Shown here one piece after another: positions 62,668 through 64,000 of a stretch of 64,000 nt of DNA (position 1 is the stretch's first letter; each line of letters begins with the position of its first letter). The stretch is from Gammaproteobacteria bacterium (GTDB lineage: Bacteria > Pseudomonadota > Gammaproteobacteria > JABABF01). The notes beneath the pieces were generated by a model. It was not told the origin of the DNA. It made no database searches and saw only the letters and a program-made list of their open reading frames with translations. The DNA lies in assembly GCA_965237805.1 (NCBI GenBank), contig OZ250153.1:544001-608000 (forward strand), written 5' to 3'. Made by a program: the position numbers and the translations under genes.

Positions 62668-63450
62668 TCAACTCACATCCTTCCAATATTCACGGTTCAG
62701 TAATAGGGCCAGCACTAAAAAGGCTGCTAAAAACATTAGCACATAGACGCCGAGGCGGTAGCGCTTCAGGGCAGTAGGCTCCCCGACATAGACCAAAAAG
62801 TTGACGAGATCGCGCACCGCCATATCGAAAGCTGCGGGAGAAAGTTCCCCCGGCGGGTCGAGTTCAAAGCGCCCACAGGGATTGTCGAGAATATCCTCCC
62901 CGCTCAGCGGGTCGCGCTTGATGCCACCATTGGGAGCCAGTGAGGGGCCGGGGGCACAATGCTGCAAGCCCTGTAGTTCGAGTAGCGGGAACGGCATGCC
63001 GACATTGGGAAACATTCTGTTGTTGACGCCCCAAGGTGCCATGGGCTCGGAATAGAAATTGCGCAAATAGTTGTAGATCCAGTCAGCACCGCGTGCACGG
63101 GCCACGAGGCTGAGGTCGGGAGGTTCAACCCCAAACCAGTCGACGGCACCAGCGGGCGGCATCGCCGTCTCGATCAAGCCGCCAACACGACTGTCATCGA
63201 AGATCAAGTGCTGCTCGATGAGATCGTCCGGCACACCTAAATCCTCTCCCAGTCGCTGGTAGCGCTGGTAGCGCAAACCGTGACAGCCGAGGCAATAATT
63301 CATGTACAGGGCAGCACCCCGTTGCAAGGAAAGGCGATCCCTCAAATCCACATCCACCCGCTCCAGCTCGACAACTGCCTCGGAGCCGACAGCCGCCGCT
63401 GGCGCGGTCAACACCAAGCACAGCATCGCAACGCACCGAGACACGCGCAT
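62668..63450 (-). CDS. petC: Cytochrome c1
   Basis: SLQRGA, heme motif CLGCH, PPDLSL, NVGMP, C-terminal TM ending EYWKDV. Confidence 0.96.
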   Translation of the reverse strand: MRVSRCVAMLCLVLTAPAAAVGSEAVVELERVDVDLRDRLSLQRGAALYMNYCLGCHGLRYQRYQRLGEDLGVPDDLIEQHLIFDDSRVGGLIETAMPPAGAVDWFGVEPPDLSLVARARGADWIYNYLRNFYSEPMAPWGVNNRMFPNVGMPFPLLELQGLQHCAPGPSLAPNGGIKRDPLSGEDILDNPCGRFELDPPGELSPAAFDMAVRDLVNFLVYVGEPTALKRYRLGVYVLMFLAAFLVLALLLNREYWKDVS

Positions 63451-64000
63451 CAGCCGCTGACCCGCTCGGGCGGTTGCCGGCAACGCTCGCGCCGTGTATA
63501 CCAAGGCATCAATACAAAGACCGCAAAATAGCTGATCGTCAAATACTGCGCCACATCAGTATTTTCGAGTGGGCAGACCGTGGTGGCACCGCTCTGCCAA
63601 CATAGCTGGAGTCCGAGGAAATGGCCGCTGGACGGGATCGACCCCAAATAGCCAAGCACCAAGAAAGAGCAAACAAAGATGCCCAGGCCCCAGCGGCTCA
63701 TCGCACCCTTGTAGCGAATCGACTTGACCGGACTGCGATCGAGCCATGGCAACAGGAACAAAATGGCGATGGCCATCAACATCACCCCAGCACCCCAGAA
63801 TTTGGCATCGAGGTCGAACCAAGTGATGGTGGTGGCACGCAACATGGCGTAAAAAGGCGTGTAGTACCACACTGGCACGATATGCTCCGGGGTGACCAAG
63901 TTATTGGCCGGAACGAAATTGGCTCGCTCCAAGAAATAGCCCCCCATCTCGGGAGCAAAGAAGACCGCGGCGAGAAACAGCATCAGGAACACGGTGACGC
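63450..64000 (-). CDS. petB: Cytochrome b, C-terminal part (truncated by the window edge)
   Basis: TPEHIVPVWYYTPFYAMLRA (PVWY variant of the PEWY motif), LPWLDRSPVKSIRY. Confidence 0.95.
   Translation of the reverse strand, partial: VTVFLMLFLAAVFFAPEMGGYFLERANFVPANNLVTPEHIVPVWYYTPFYAMLRATTITWFDLDAKFWGAGVMLMAIAILFLLPWLDRSPVKSIRYKGAMSRWGLGIFVCSFLVLGYLGSIPSSGHFLGLQLCWQSGATTVCPLENTDVAQYLTISYFAVFVLMPWYTRRERCRQPPERVSG

Overview
High-GC gammaproteobacterial core chromosome segment. It contains tRNA-Leu/secG/tpiA/glmM/folP/ftsH/rlmE/greA/carAB, dapB/dnaJ/dnaK/grpE/recN/fur/bamE/ratAB/tmRNA, pilA-pilC-pilD-coaE, argJ/secA, the dcw cluster (mraZ to lpxC), rnpB, rsmI/lpoA/yraN/BON, sspA and petBC. Several usual neighbours are cleanly missing from these clusters (murD, pilB, smpB, sspB, yhbY, gmhA/diaA). 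There are two accessory blocks. The first lies between dapB and carA: a System II cytochrome c maturation trio, a Fic gene preceded by a 41-bp tandem array, an aldo-keto reductase, an SDR, and an orphan coiled-coil/winged-helix gene with a 28-bp repeat array upstream and a multi-hairpin region plus a convergent antisense promoter downstream. The second lies downstream of tmRNA: a short UDP-sugar dehydrogenase, an epimerase and a voltage-gated K+ channel. The best candidates for something undescribed are the orphan wHTH/structured-RNA module and the repeat-array/Fic module. Other oddities are a scrambled, duplicated secG (possibly an assembly artefact), a spare out-of-frame FtsZ C-terminal tail, a remodelled FtsZ GTP pocket, an atypical tmRNA tag and a carA leader-peptide attenuator. 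No integrase, transposase, CRISPR array or cas gene was recognised. All calls come from manual motif recognition; no searches were run.
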